Notes under the pieces: generated by a model
The model's database searches: none
The model's input: only the letters and a program-made list of their open reading frames with translations
What the model was told of the DNA's origin: nothing
Made by a program: the position numbers and the translations under genes
Source of the DNA: Candidatus Poribacteria bacterium
Lineage (GTDB): Bacteria > Poribacteria > WGA-4E > PCPOR2b
Reading direction: 5' to 3'
NCBI GenBank assembly: GCA_965116925.1
Contig: OZ220744.1
Coordinates: forward strand, 2,752,001 to 2,816,000
DNA length: 64,000 nucleotides
Shown here: in pieces, positions 31,117-40,961 of the stretch
How positions within the stretch are numbered: the stretch's first letter is position 1
Layout of the letters: every line of letters starts with the position of its first letter

Positions 31117-32418
31117 TTAAGAAGTGGTAAAGTCGTTCAATAGTTTCAATGCTGCGTCCACCATTTGGCCGCCGGCGTCGGGTGCGAGATAGCTGCTCCG
31201 CGCTAGCCATGTCTCATAGCCGCCGTGTTCATGCCCAAGTGGAGTTGGGACATAACCGGTGTAGTCGTTGGCGAGTTCGATGATAAATGTCGGGTCGAGC
31301 GGTGAGGCAGCCTTGAGATCAATACCGAATTGACAGAAGATCTCTCCCGTCAGCGCGGCCACTCCACAATCTCCGATGCGGAAGGCTTGGATCGGTGTCC
31401 TACGGGTATCTTCCCACTCGTTGACGAGGATCCGTTCACGTGCGTAGAGTTCATCAACAGTCGGATCATCGCTGGCGTTCCCCCATTTTGCTTCGTATTC
31501 GGCGAGTTCTGCGCTGGTCGGTTTCCGTATGCCGCATGTGATTTGCGTCTGCGCCGCCGAGAGCTCTATATCATCGTCCATCGGGGTGGTTTGCCACGTC
31601 CGCCACACCTCTGCTGCAACTATCCGAGCGACCTTTCGTGTCTGTACAAAGGGACGTCGATCCATCGGCGGGTGATGGACATTGATGTTATTGATGTCGC
31701 CGGAGCAACCGTTGGAGAGCATCGCAACAAAGTCCGTGCCTGCTGTCCGTTGAAGTTCTTCGGCAAACAGCCCGAAATAGTCTGCCGAGATCATGTGTCC
31801 TGGCGCACCGACATAGTGTAGGGCATAGTTGGCGAGAACGGCTATCGGTTCACCATCAACCGTCTCAACGAAGAGCGCGGCGATATCCGGATCGGTGGGC
31901 CCGACGGTTTCAATGATGTCGGGATTGTTATACCCCGGATTCATCTTCACCGTGCCATCTTTCATGCGGAACCGCCGGTTGAACACGCATCGTGGCTCTT
32001 TCCCGACACCGTAACCGAGTTTCGCCGGCTGCGCCCGTCCCGCTGCCAACTGGACAGCATCGGCGACGCGCACTGAAAAGAAGTCGAGGTAGCCCGGATC
32101 GGGAACGGTCTCAAAGCCCAGCTTCATCGCGGGGGCGGAGTGTGTATGCGTTCCCGCTATCAGCACTTGTTCTCCCGGAATCCCGACATGTTCCGCAATC
32201 AAGGCTTTGGCGGCGTCACATACTTCGCGGGGGATGCAGATGACATCACAGATGACAAAGGCGAGTTGCGTTGTCCCGTCGTCAAGTACCAGTGCCTTCG
32301 CGTGCAGTTCGTCGTGGACTTCCGTCGCATAGCGCGCCTTGAGTGAACCTGCAAGATATGCGCCGAGCGGCGGCGTGATGTTGGTCTGTGCAGCACCGGC
32401 TTTCAGCGTAGCCATCAT
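31117..32418 (-). CDS. Neutral/alkaline ceramidase-like hydrolase
   Basis: NITPP, THTHSAP, FNRR, NYALH, SADY, GCSGDIN, GEIF and GGYE. Confidence 0.85.
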   Translation of the reverse strand: MMATLKAGAAQTNITPPLGAYLAGSLKARYATEVHDELHAKALVLDDGTTQLAFVICDVICIPREVCDAAKALIAEHVGIPGEQVLIAGTHTHSAPAMKLGFETVPDPGYLDFFSVRVADAVQLAAGRAQPAKLGYGVGKEPRCVFNRRFRMKDGTVKMNPGYNNPDIIETVGPTDPDIAALFVETVDGEPIAVLANYALHYVGAPGHMISADYFGLFAEELQRTAGTDFVAMLSNGCSGDINNINVHHPPMDRRPFVQTRKVARIVAAEVWRTWQTTPMDDDIELSAAQTQITCGIRKPTSAELAEYEAKWGNASDDPTVDELYARERILVNEWEDTRRTPIQAFRIGDCGVAALTGEIFCQFGIDLKAASPLDPTFIIELANDYTGYVPTPLGHEHGGYETWLARSSYLAPDAGGQMVDAALKLLNDFTTS

Positions 32419-32527
32419 TTTCTCCTTTAGTTCATGCTAAGAAATGGTGTAGTGGAATTGGCGATTCCTATTCTGACTGCGCCAATGAACTGATGTACAA
32501 ATGATTTTTCACGTTTCACGCATCACG

Positions 32528-33259
32528 TCACCGAGTGTAACGGGCAAAGTAGAACGTCTTGAGCGGCGCCTCCGTATCGTTGATGAGGGTATGCCCTGGG
32601 TTTGACGGTGCAACAGAGACCGCATCGCCCGGAACTTGCCGATAGACGTTCTGGCTCACCACGTGGATGCCGTTCCCCTCTAACATATACCACACCTCAT
32701 CCATATCGTCAGCGTGTCCGTGGGTATCGGGGGTCTGCATCGCATCGATCGTTACCATCAGGACGGAATGCAGCTTCGCGAGTCCATCAGCCTCTCCGAA
32801 AATCGGGTGGACGAGATGGGTCCAATGTCCCTGACTAAGAGGATTCTTCCGATAATTTCTGATCAGGACATCTTCGCGGGGTGTTCCTTCAGCATCGGCG
32901 AGGGTTTCCTCCAATATCAGAAGTTCTAAGGGCGTGGTATTTGCCTCGTTGTTTAGGACATGCGTCGTCCCCGGCGGTACGATAATGCCGTCGCCTTCGC
33001 GGACCTCCTGCTTGAGGTCACCGCCTTCAAAAATTGCCTCCCCATCGACGATGTAGAAAATCAGTTGCCGATCGTCGAAAGATGTCGGTACCGAGGCGAT
33101 TCTCGACTCAAGGTAGCACCGGGAGAAGCTATCAATATAGTTGAGAGTTGCTCCCGGTTTGTGGGGATCGTCGGGATCTTTCTTGGAGAAGATTTCTCGG
33201 CGGATGATGTTGCCGTGTGTGAGACTTGAGGGGGATTGTAACCAACTTCTCATTTCCAT
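32528..33259 (-). CDS. Bicupin protein, copy 1
   Basis: Two cupin motifs: EGDGIIVPPGTTH and HGH...EVWY...PGH. Confidence 0.85.
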   Translation of the reverse strand: MEMRSWLQSPSSLTHGNIIRREIFSKKDPDDPHKPGATLNYIDSFSRCYLESRIASVPTSFDDRQLIFYIVDGEAIFEGGDLKQEVREGDGIIVPPGTTHVLNNEANTTPLELLILEETLADAEGTPREDVLIRNYRKNPLSQGHWTHLVHPIFGEADGLAKLHSVLMVTIDAMQTPDTHGHADDMDEVWYMLEGNGIHVVSQNVYRQVPGDAVSVAPSNPGHTLINDTEAPLKTFYFARYTR

Positions 33260-33341
33260 CTTTTGTTACCTCCAATTTCTCTAATTAGGGGTTATGCACT
33301 TCAGTAGCAAGGGCAACCACAAGTTTCTTAGTCCCGATCTA

Positions 33342-34076
33342 TCAGGGGTCTGCACTGCGTCGAAAGTAGAACGTCTTGAGCGGCACCTCCGTATCGTTGA
33401 TGAGGGTATGTCCTGGATTTGACGGTGCAACAGAGACCGCATCGCCCGGAACTTGCCGGTAGACATTCTGGCTTACCACGTGGATGCCGTTGCCTTCGAG
33501 CATATACCACACCTCATCCATATCGTCGGCATGTCCATGGGTATCAGCGGTCTGCATTGCGTCGATTGTTACCATTAGGACAAAGTGCAGCTTCGCGAGT
33601 CCATCAGTCTCTCCGAAGATGGAGTGGACGAGATGGGTCCAATGCCCTTGAGTCAGGTGTTGTTCTCGGTAGTTTCTGATAAGTACATCTTCGCGGGGTG
33701 CTCCTGGAGCATCGGCGAGGGTTTCTTCCAATATCAGAAATTCTAAGGGCGTGGTATTTGCCTCGTTGTTTAGAACATGCGTCGTCCCTGGCGGCACGAT
33801 GATGCCGTCGCCTTCGCGGACCTCCTGCTTGACGTCGCCGCCCTCGAAAATGGCTTCCCCGTCAACGATGTAGAAAATCAGTTGCCGATCGTCGAAAGAC
33901 GTTGGTACTGATGCGATTCGCGACTCAAGGTAGCACCGAGAGAAGCTATCAATAGAGTTAAGGATTGCTCCCGGTTTGTGGGGATCATCGGGGTCTTTCT
34001 TGGAGAAGATTTCCCGTCTGATGATATTGCCGTGTGTGAGACTTGAGGGGGATTGCAACCAGCTTCTCATTTCCAT
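33342..34076 (-). CDS. Bicupin protein, copy 2 (tandem duplicate)
   Basis: Near-identical to 32528-33259; start placed at the same MEMRSW. Confidence 0.85.
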   Translation of the reverse strand: MEMRSWLQSPSSLTHGNIIRREIFSKKDPDDPHKPGAILNSIDSFSRCYLESRIASVPTSFDDRQLIFYIVDGEAIFEGGDVKQEVREGDGIIVPPGTTHVLNNEANTTPLEFLILEETLADAPGAPREDVLIRNYREQHLTQGHWTHLVHSIFGETDGLAKLHFVLMVTIDAMQTADTHGHADDMDEVWYMLEGNGIHVVSQNVYRQVPGDAVSVAPSNPGHTLINDTEVPLKTFYFRRSADP

Positions 34077-34355
34077 TTTTCGTTCTCTCCCATTTTTTTC
34101 AGACGCAATAATTTTATTCAAACTGACCGCAGAGGCACAGAGAACGCCGAGAAATACAGAGAAGGATTAAAAAAGTAGTGTTAGACATAACCCTTTCTCC
34201 GAAAGAGATTTAATGAAAATTGAAGGTGGTCATATTATTTCTTTTTTTGCCTTTCTCTGTGCCCTCTGCGTCTCTGCGGTGAATCTATCCAGCAAAATTA
34301 TAGCACGATTTCTGAAAAAATGAGAGTCGAAAATGGATTAGCGGTCACAAGAAAA

Positions 34356-35921
34356 TTATGCAGGCATTACTACTACTTCAACTTCGTCAATGACAACCTC
34401 GCTATTTGTATCGGCGGCAATGTGTGTGAGTTGAATCCTTATACGGTTGTCACCATAGTTAAGCATCTCCTGATTCAGGTTGAACCACACGCTCGAAAAC
34501 GGCGGCAGCGGTCGTCCAAATGTTTCCAATCGACCATCTGGGTGAAAGACGCGCTGAAAATCTCGGATTTCAGTCCCGTTGAGTTCCACGGTGATTTCAT
34601 CTTTAGGGAGCAGCCCTTGTGCGGTGAAGTACAGGACGACTTGTGTTCTGGGTGCGGATTGTTCGCAGAGGCGGAAACGGTATTCTCCATCTGATCCGAC
34701 TTCACGGATGAGGGTTAGCTTGTCGTCCTTCACAGCCCCGGTCGGTGATACACCGCCCCATAGCGGATGGTAGCGGTAATGACGTGTCCCATTGGCGATG
34801 GTTTTGGGAGCACGTAGATCTCGCAGATAGCTCAATGAGAGCGGATAGCCTTCGACGGGGCCCGGATAGCGGGCGGTGCCTCCCTTTCGCGCCCAGTGAT
34901 ATTGGTAGTTGAAAACCGAAACACCGTTAGCACCCGCACCATAGAAATTTTGTGCAAGTGCCCGATAGTTCTCAGGTGTGAGCAGTGTCGTATCATCTCC
35001 GCGACACAACATAGGACTTAGTGTGGGGTACATCAGACAATCCGATCCGCGTGTCAACTGGCTAAATTCCTCGTAGGGCGCGTTGAAATCGGCAAAATGA
35101 AAATCACAGGGACAGATGTAGTCGATGAGACCTTCCCGAATCCATGTGCGGATATCGAACCCCAAGTTATGGCACTCTTCCAACGTTTGTGGGATCATTA
35201 CCCCCAATGTCAGAGTTTTCCGCTGCTGCGCGCCCCGCCGGTCCAACATCTCGCGTATCCGCCGCAGAAACTCGGTCATCACCGGCTGACGGTCGCGGGC
35301 AACGTCGGTGGGGAAACAGTGCCCGTGCCGAATATAGTTGAACAGCAAACCGTCAACATCGAACCGTTCTACCACCTCATCGGCGACGGAGAAGACGTAA
35401 TCCCGCACCGGCTCAAAGCTAAAGTCCTGACCGCCGGGAAATTCCGCTAGCTGCCACGCAGGGTTGTCCAGTATGAACCGTGCACCTTGATCACCGTTGC
35501 CGTGGCGATCGTTCATGCGAAACTTTGCGATGAACTCCATGCCTCGCTTGTGTGTCTGATCGATCAGCACCTCCAACGGTATGATGCCGGCGTCCATCAT
35601 GGAGACGAAACGTTGATGTTGGGGTCTCGCGTCGTACTCGAACTGGTCTGAACGAAAAAAGACTGTCCACCCCTGTGCGTAGATCGCTTGTGCGTAGGTA
35701 TCCACGCCGTGATGGGCAAGCTGATCAACCCATTCGATCAGATCCTCTCGTCGAGCGGGGTCCGCTTTCGCTGTAGCTGCATCTGGGGTGTGAGTGACCT
35801 GTTGTCCTACCTGATAGAACGCGAGATTGGATGGATCGCTTGTGTAGATCAGCCTTCGCTCGCCACGGGGTTCAAAGGTGGATAGTGCTTGATATTCAGG
35901 TTTTGTTGTTTCGTTGGTCAT
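34356..35921 (-). CDS. Glycoside-hydrolase-like TIM-barrel protein (GHL10-like) with a C-terminal beta domain
   Basis: HKRGMEFIAKFRMND.H, DFSFEPVRDY, FDVDG, TWIREGLIDY and GANGVSVFNY. Confidence 0.65.
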   Translation of the reverse strand: MTNETTKPEYQALSTFEPRGERRLIYTSDPSNLAFYQVGQQVTHTPDAATAKADPARREDLIEWVDQLAHHGVDTYAQAIYAQGWTVFFRSDQFEYDARPQHQRFVSMMDAGIIPLEVLIDQTHKRGMEFIAKFRMNDRHGNGDQGARFILDNPAWQLAEFPGGQDFSFEPVRDYVFSVADEVVERFDVDGLLFNYIRHGHCFPTDVARDRQPVMTEFLRRIREMLDRRGAQQRKTLTLGVMIPQTLEECHNLGFDIRTWIREGLIDYICPCDFHFADFNAPYEEFSQLTRGSDCLMYPTLSPMLCRGDDTTLLTPENYRALAQNFYGAGANGVSVFNYQYHWARKGGTARYPGPVEGYPLSLSYLRDLRAPKTIANGTRHYRYHPLWGGVSPTGAVKDDKLTLIREVGSDGEYRFRLCEQSAPRTQVVLYFTAQGLLPKDEITVELNGTEIRDFQRVFHPDGRLETFGRPLPPFSSVWFNLNQEMLNYGDNRIRIQLTHIAADTNSEVVIDEVEVVVMPA

Positions 35922-36000
35922 GGTGTTATGGCTCCGTTCGTTAGGGGTTCATTTGTTCATTCACTTTTCACGCATCAGGTTTTGGGTTTGAACCTTACAT

Positions 36001-37218
36001 CTAAAGGACACCGTTCCGGCGAAGTTTTTCAATCTCCTGCGGCGATATGTTGAGATAATCTTCGAGCACTTCCTCTGTATGTTCGCCCAGCTTCGGTCCC
36101 CGGCGATGTTCCGTTTTGGAATCACTGATTTTAATTGGGCTCGCCACCTGACGCGCAACGCCAAACTCCGGATGCGGAATCTCAAGAATCATCTCATCTT
36201 CGGCTACTTGTGGGTCACGGAATGCTTCCTCGACGGTGTTCACAGGAGCGCACGGGACTTCACCTTTGAGTCGTTCTAACCACTCAGCAGTTGTCCGCTG
36301 GCGAAACAGATCTTTCAGGATCGGCACCAGCGTCTCACGATTCTCCAAGCGATCAGCGAACCCCCGAAAGCGCAGGTCGTCCGCCAGTTCGGGTGCCCCC
36401 AGGATTCGCACCAGACTTTGGTAGAAGTTCTCCTTGGCGCACGCCACGACAATCCAGCTATCCTTTGTGGGCATCACCTGAAACGGCACCTGAGACGGAT
36501 GTGAGGAATCCGCCATCCGTTGTGGTTGATACCCCTTTGTTAGATGCCAAGCCCCCACATAACCCAGTTGCGACAGGGCGGTGTTGAACAGGCTCACATC
36601 GACATCGCATCCGAAGCCAGTGTCCCGCGCTCGCAGGATGGCACTCATTAAGCCGAGTGCCGCCATCACACCCGCACTCAGATCCACCAGCGATAGCCCC
36701 GTCTTCTGTGGTGGAGAATCAGGCTCGCCGGTTATGCTCATCCAACCGGCATAGCCTTGCATCAGATAGTCGTACCCCGGCTCCGCAGCGCGGGAGCCGC
36801 TGCGTCCAAAGGCGGAGAGAGAGCAGCATACGATTGAAGGCTTCACCTTTCCGAGAGCTGCGTAGTCCAAGCCGAGTTTGGCAGGTAGGTCGCCGCGCAG
36901 GTTGTTGAAAACGCCGTCCGAGATAGAGACCAGCCGGTGAAAGACCTCGGTTGTGTCGGGGTGTTGTAGATTTAGGGTGATACTCTTTTTGTTTCGATTG
37001 AAGCTTTGAAAATAGACGCTATCGCACTCAACCGTGTAGGGTGGGACATAGCGCGCCACGTCTCCGCCTGTTTCAGGGTTTTCGATTTTAAGGATCTCTG
37101 CTCCCAAGTCTGCAAGCATCATCGTTCCCCATGGACCGGCACCGAACTGTTCAACTGAGATGATCCGTACCCCCTCCAGAGGCGGGTGAGCACCGATATT
37201 ACTTTGATCTTCTGTCAT
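36001..37218 (-). CDS. Family III CoA-transferase (CaiB/BaiF)
   Basis: LADLGAE, NRNKKSITL, GYD and PKLGEHT. Confidence 0.93.
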   Translation of the reverse strand: MTEDQSNIGAHPPLEGVRIISVEQFGAGPWGTMMLADLGAEILKIENPETGGDVARYVPPYTVECDSVYFQSFNRNKKSITLNLQHPDTTEVFHRLVSISDGVFNNLRGDLPAKLGLDYAALGKVKPSIVCCSLSAFGRSGSRAAEPGYDYLMQGYAGWMSITGEPDSPPQKTGLSLVDLSAGVMAALGLMSAILRARDTGFGCDVDVSLFNTALSQLGYVGAWHLTKGYQPQRMADSSHPSQVPFQVMPTKDSWIVVACAKENFYQSLVRILGAPELADDLRFRGFADRLENRETLVPILKDLFRQRTTAEWLERLKGEVPCAPVNTVEEAFRDPQVAEDEMILEIPHPEFGVARQVASPIKISDSKTEHRRGPKLGEHTEEVLEDYLNISPQEIEKLRRNGVL

Positions 37219-37334
37219 CTATTTGTCCTTTGCTGATTTTCCTTTTGTCACGTGTGATTTAGGGCTCATTAGTTCATTGGTGGATCGGTTCATTTATTTT
37301 TTTATCCATCACGCATCACGTTTCACGTTTCAGT

Positions 37335-37850
37335 CTAAGCTGTTTCGGGGAAAAGATCCCTTTTAGGGGCACTGTCCCGTTTGTAGACCATGATAGCGCG
37401 CACGAGATCGATGACCACCGCCCCGTCCTGATTAATGCCCCGCGAGCAGACCCTGACAATACCCGCTTCGGGATAGGAGCTCGACTCGCGCTTCGATAGC
37501 ACCTCAGTTTCGCAGTAGAGGGTATCTCCAATAAAGACGGGGTTTGGCAGCTTGACCGCCTCCCAGCCCAGATTTGCCATTGCGTTCTCACTGACATCTG
37601 GAACGCTCATGCCGGTAATCAGTGCCAGCGTGAAGGTGCTATTGACGAGGATTTGCCCCCACTTTGTCTGTTGGGCGTAGTGCAGATCGAAGTGGAGCGG
37701 GTTGGTGTTATGGGTAAGTTGGGTGAACAGTGCGTTGTCTGCTTCCGTGACGGTATGTCCAAACCTGCTACGGTAGACATCCCCGACTTCAAAATCTTCG
37801 TAGAAACGCCCCTCCCAACCCGTTTGAATTTTATCTTTGGATCTCGGCAT
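37335..37850 (-). CDS. MaoC-family dehydratase
   Basis: GRFYEDFEVG, NTNPLHFD and PVFIGDTL. Confidence 0.92.
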   Translation of the reverse strand: MPRSKDKIQTGWEGRFYEDFEVGDVYRSRFGHTVTEADNALFTQLTHNTNPLHFDLHYAQQTKWGQILVNSTFTLALITGMSVPDVSENAMANLGWEAVKLPNPVFIGDTLYCETEVLSKRESSSYPEAGIVRVCSRGINQDGAVVIDLVRAIMVYKRDSAPKRDLFPETA

Positions 37851-38033
37851 CTATCCCTCCTGTTATATTTGGTTCATTGGTACAATAGTTCATTGGTTCA
37901 TTTCGTTTTCGCGTTTCACGTCCCGATTTCATCGAGGATCCCGCTACGCGGAGCATCACGTTTCACGCATCACGTTTCAGATGTTACCTATAACTCTACA
38001 ACGGATGTGGGGAATAATCAAGCCTTTTTGCCC

Positions 38034-38062
38034 TTGCGTCACCTTTGTGTATGTGCTATAAT
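38034..38062 (+). promoter_or_regulatory. Sigma70 promoter of smpB, giving a very short leader
   Basis: TTGCGT-N17-TATAAT with an extended TG; ATG only 9 nt downstream. Confidence 0.6.
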
Positions 38063-38071
38063 TCACCCACT

Positions 38072-38536
38072 ATGAAAGCTGAGAAGTCTGTTGCGACTAC
38101 GGGTCCAATTGCTAGGAATAAGAAAGCGCGGTTCGATTATCATTTGATGGATCGTTTCGAGGCAGGGATTGCCCTCCAAGGAACGGAGGTCAAGGCGATT
38201 CGTGCGGGTCGGATGAATTTGACCGATAGCTACGCTCGCGTTGACGATGGGGAGGTCTTTCTGATTGATGCCCATATCGGTCCTTACGAGCAAGGCAGTC
38301 GCGAGAATCATGAGCCGAAGCGGAAGCGGAAACTCCTGTTGAACCGTCGGGAGATTAAGCGGATCGAAGGGAAAACTCGACCGACCGGCATGACGATTGT
38401 GCCGACGAAGGCTTATTTCAGCAAGGGTAGAGTAAAGGTTGAAATCGCAGTGGCGCGTGGTAAGCACGACTACGATAAGCGCGAAGATATGCGGCGGGAA
38501 GTAGATCAACGGGCAATCCAATCGTATATGAGGTAG
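38072..38536 (+). CDS. smpB: SsrA-binding protein
   Basis: NKKARFDY, EAGIALQGTEVKAIR, RKLLL and GKHDYDKRE. Confidence 0.98.
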   Translation: MKAEKSVATTGPIARNKKARFDYHLMDRFEAGIALQGTEVKAIRAGRMNLTDSYARVDDGEVFLIDAHIGPYEQGSRENHEPKRKRKLLLNRREIKRIEGKTRPTGMTIVPTKAYFSKGRVKVEIAVARGKHDYDKREDMRREVDQRAIQSYMR

Positions 38537-38577
38537 CACTTGCGTATACCGATTATGCGTTAGGAGGAGGCGCAATT

Positions 38578-39033
38578 ATGGCTCTGAAATTTCGGTGTGA
38601 AAACTGTAGTAAAGATATTGCTGTTAGGTTCTTGGAAGTTGATGAGGTCGCCAAATGCAGAAACTGTGGGGCAAGTAATTCTGTTCCCGAATCTGCAGAA
38701 GCCATTAGTGACGAAGCCGCAGAAAGCATAATTAAGGCTACTGTTCCCGAACCAATAGAGGACATTAGTGCGGAAGCCATGAGTGTCGAACCCACGCAAA
38801 GTGTACCTATGGCTAAGGCGTTACGCAGAGTCAGTAGAATAGTAATAGGCATCGGAATTATTGTGGGAATAGTTACGGCTATAAGAGTAATGATTCGACA
38901 TCCCGCGCCCGATCAAACTATGGCAGTGGCTCTTAGCGGAGGGATGACATGGCTTATGAACATGTTTTTTTTCTGCATTCTTAATCTGCTTTGTTTAGGT
39001 ATTGCCAAGGTTGTGGCCTTGTTCAACAGATAG
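38578..39033 (+). CDS. Zinc-ribbon membrane protein
   Basis: CENC...CRNC followed by two C-terminal TM helices; AGGAGG RBS. Confidence 0.75.
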   Translation: MALKFRCENCSKDIAVRFLEVDEVAKCRNCGASNSVPESAEAISDEAAESIIKATVPEPIEDISAEAMSVEPTQSVPMAKALRRVSRIVIGIGIIVGIVTAIRVMIRHPAPDQTMAVALSGGMTWLMNMFFFCILNLLCLGIAKVVALFNR

Positions 39034-39063
39034 AAAAATCGGGATAGTTACACACTTACATAC

Positions 39064-39653
39064 GGGGGTGAAAAGGTTTCGACGAGAGTAGATGATGTAA
39101 AGGTTGCATGCCGAGGTCTCCGCAGGCCTCGTTAAACAGGCGGAAACAATTTAATTGCCGATGAAGAATTGGCTCTAGCTGCTTAATAAAAGCGGCTCGT
39201 CCGGCTAATTTGCGGTCCCGTCGAGTTAGCCCGACGTCAACAAACGGGCTGTGCGCCTTACTTGTTCTCAAGGGGCATGGCGCGAGATTTAACTTGAGAT
39301 AGTCCGCAGCGAATCCGGCATAAGGGAGTCCTATGGACGAAACACCAAAGCTTATGCTAAGCATGTAGTAGCCTTTATTGAAATGCTCTCGGACGCGGGT
39401 TCGATCAGTCTGGTCGACTTGGAGGGCAACCTCCTCGATTAAACTTGGCTTACATCGGTGAAACCTAAGAGATGGCGACATCTTATGGCAACACCGAGGG
39501 ATTGTATGGTCCTGTAGAGACTGTAATGATAGGAGATAATGTCAACGACAAATCTAGATCTCCTATAACACGCTAGGCTCCACCATTTTGGGTGGATGAA
39601 GATATAGTCCACGCCTCTGGGAAACCGGGGGGTCACGTGTCCCGCCACCTCCA
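39064..39653 (+). ncRNA. ssrA: tmRNA, intron-interrupted (exons 39064-39405 and 39640-39653)
   Basis: 5' GGGGGTGAAAAGGTTTCGAC; tag reading frame ADEELALAA* at 39157-39186; acceptor stem GGGGGTG/CACCTCC-A with the G3.U wobble; downstream of smpB. Confidence 0.95.
39406..39639 (+). ncRNA. Group I intron (234 nt, no ORF) in the tmRNA T-loop
   Basis: 5' exon ends in U paired to G in P1; R element GAGACTGTA and S element AAGATATAGTCC; P4 CGGTG/CACCG; GNRA-capped P2, P5 and P9; terminal G. Splicing restores GCGGG-TTCGATT-CCCGC. Confidence 0.92.
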
Positions 39654-39777
39654 TCTTTTTTAAGATTTTGAAACATTGGTTCAAGTGTAGTTACGGCATA
39701 CGGAGTATGCCTACTACTTTGGTTCATTGGTTCATTTTGTTTTCACGTTTCACGCATCACGTTTCATCTCCCATGAA

Positions 39778-39795
39778 TGGCAATATCCTTGTAAC
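39778..39795 (+). promoter_or_regulatory. Sigma54-like motif upstream of pspA copy 1
   Basis: TGGCAATATCCTTGTAAC; near-identical copy at 43565-43582. Confidence 0.5.
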
Positions 39796-39860
39796 CTCTG
39801 TTAGGCATAATTGAGTTAGTCATTTTGAACCCTAACAGTGTTACAAGGAGGAACTGAACC

Positions 39861-40559
39861 GTGCAAACGTTAAACCGAGCCAAGCTCATCGTGAGATCGC
39901 ATGTGAACGATCTCCTAGAGAAAGCAGAAGATACGCGTAAAACGCGAGGTCTTATGGTGGAAGAGATGCGCCAGAACGTGCGCCATGTCAAGGCTTTAAT
40001 CGCAGGTGCGATCGCAGATCTCAAGCTGATCGAACGGGAGATCGACGCTCATGGAACTGAAGCCAATAGGTGGGAGGATAAAGCGGTCTTCGCTTTAAAA
40101 AAAGGGGAGGAAGATCTCGCCCGTCGTGCACTCACTCGCAAAGGTGAGCATATAAAGAAGGCAGACCTGTATCGGGAACAGATCGAGACACAGCAGGAGA
40201 TAATTGACTCCCTCAAGTCCAGTTTGAAAACGCTGGAGACCAAGCTAGACACAATACGCTATCAAACTGCGAAATTGGCTGCCGCTGAAAGTTTAGGGGC
40301 ATTGCAATCCACCGTCGGCGCAACACCACCGGCTGATACAGTGATTGATACGACTGCGTTTGATGCCTACGATCGGTTGGTTGATCGTGTACGCGATCTC
40401 GAAGTACATGCAGAGGCGTTAGCGGAGTTGACGCAAGGCGATGACCTTGAGCAGCAATTTCATGAACTTGAGAACAGCGAAAAGGTCGAGGCGGACCTTG
40501 CGGCATTAAAAACCAAAGTCCGTCCTGATGATCCAGGGAGTGCACCCGCAACGGAGTGA
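39861..40559 (+). CDS. PspA/IM30-family protein, copy 1
   Basis: VNDLLEKAED, WEDKAVFAL..GEEDLARRAL and LEQQF..LE...VEADLAALK. Confidence 0.9.
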   Translation: MQTLNRAKLIVRSHVNDLLEKAEDTRKTRGLMVEEMRQNVRHVKALIAGAIADLKLIEREIDAHGTEANRWEDKAVFALKKGEEDLARRALTRKGEHIKKADLYREQIETQQEIIDSLKSSLKTLETKLDTIRYQTAKLAAAESLGALQSTVGATPPADTVIDTTAFDAYDRLVDRVRDLEVHAEALAELTQGDDLEQQFHELENSEKVEADLAALKTKVRPDDPGSAPATE

Positions 40560-40942
40560 TGCGGATGGCTGATTTTCATCGGTTACCGTCTCGTATTCAG
40601 GAGACAACCCAAGATCAACTGAGTGCAGATGAACAGGTCCGATTGTGCACCCTTGGCAGGTCTAGCCTGCTGAACCCCGATTTTGTTGTTATCACTTCTG
40701 ACCGGGTGTTGGTGTTGGAGGAGCGTCAGATGGGCAGTATGAGTGCTTCATACATCAACATTCGGTGCAATCTCTCATTTGCTCAGATTACGGGGGTCAA
40801 ACTGGACCAAAGCCTCAAACACCGCATCTTTGGTCAAGCTGCCCTTGAAATTACGGTGAACGGGGATAAACATCTGATTGACAACATCAGCTACCGCGAT
40901 GCGAAACGCGCAATGGCATTGATTTCCTCTTGCCACGAATAA
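40556..40942 (+). CDS. Bacterial PH-domain-like protein
   Basis: VVITSDRVLVL...FAQITGV...FG..ALEI pattern; overlaps the pspA stop codon. Confidence 0.65.
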   Translation: MMRMADFHRLPSRIQETTQDQLSADEQVRLCTLGRSSLLNPDFVVITSDRVLVLEERQMGSMSASYINIRCNLSFAQITGVKLDQSLKHRIFGQAALEITVNGDKHLIDNISYRDAKRAMALISSCHE

Positions 40943-40961
40943 CTTGTAGGAGGAAGCAGAT

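Noticed and set aside
33342..33375. Frameshift in the second bicupin
   Set aside because: The C-termini differ by in-frame substitutions (FRRSADP versus FARYTR); the frame is intact.
37860..37985. CRISPR-like appearance of short repeats
   Set aside because: Units are 7-9 nt with no regular unique spacers, and no cas genes are present.
39640..39660. The separated tmRNA 3' end read as an att-site duplication from an integrated island
   Set aside because: The 3' end is not duplicated, no integrase is present, and the insert has a full group I core.
39056..39684. Minus-strand ORFs of 141 and 81 aa
   Set aside because: They are antisense shadows of the tmRNA and intron with no homing-endonuclease motifs.
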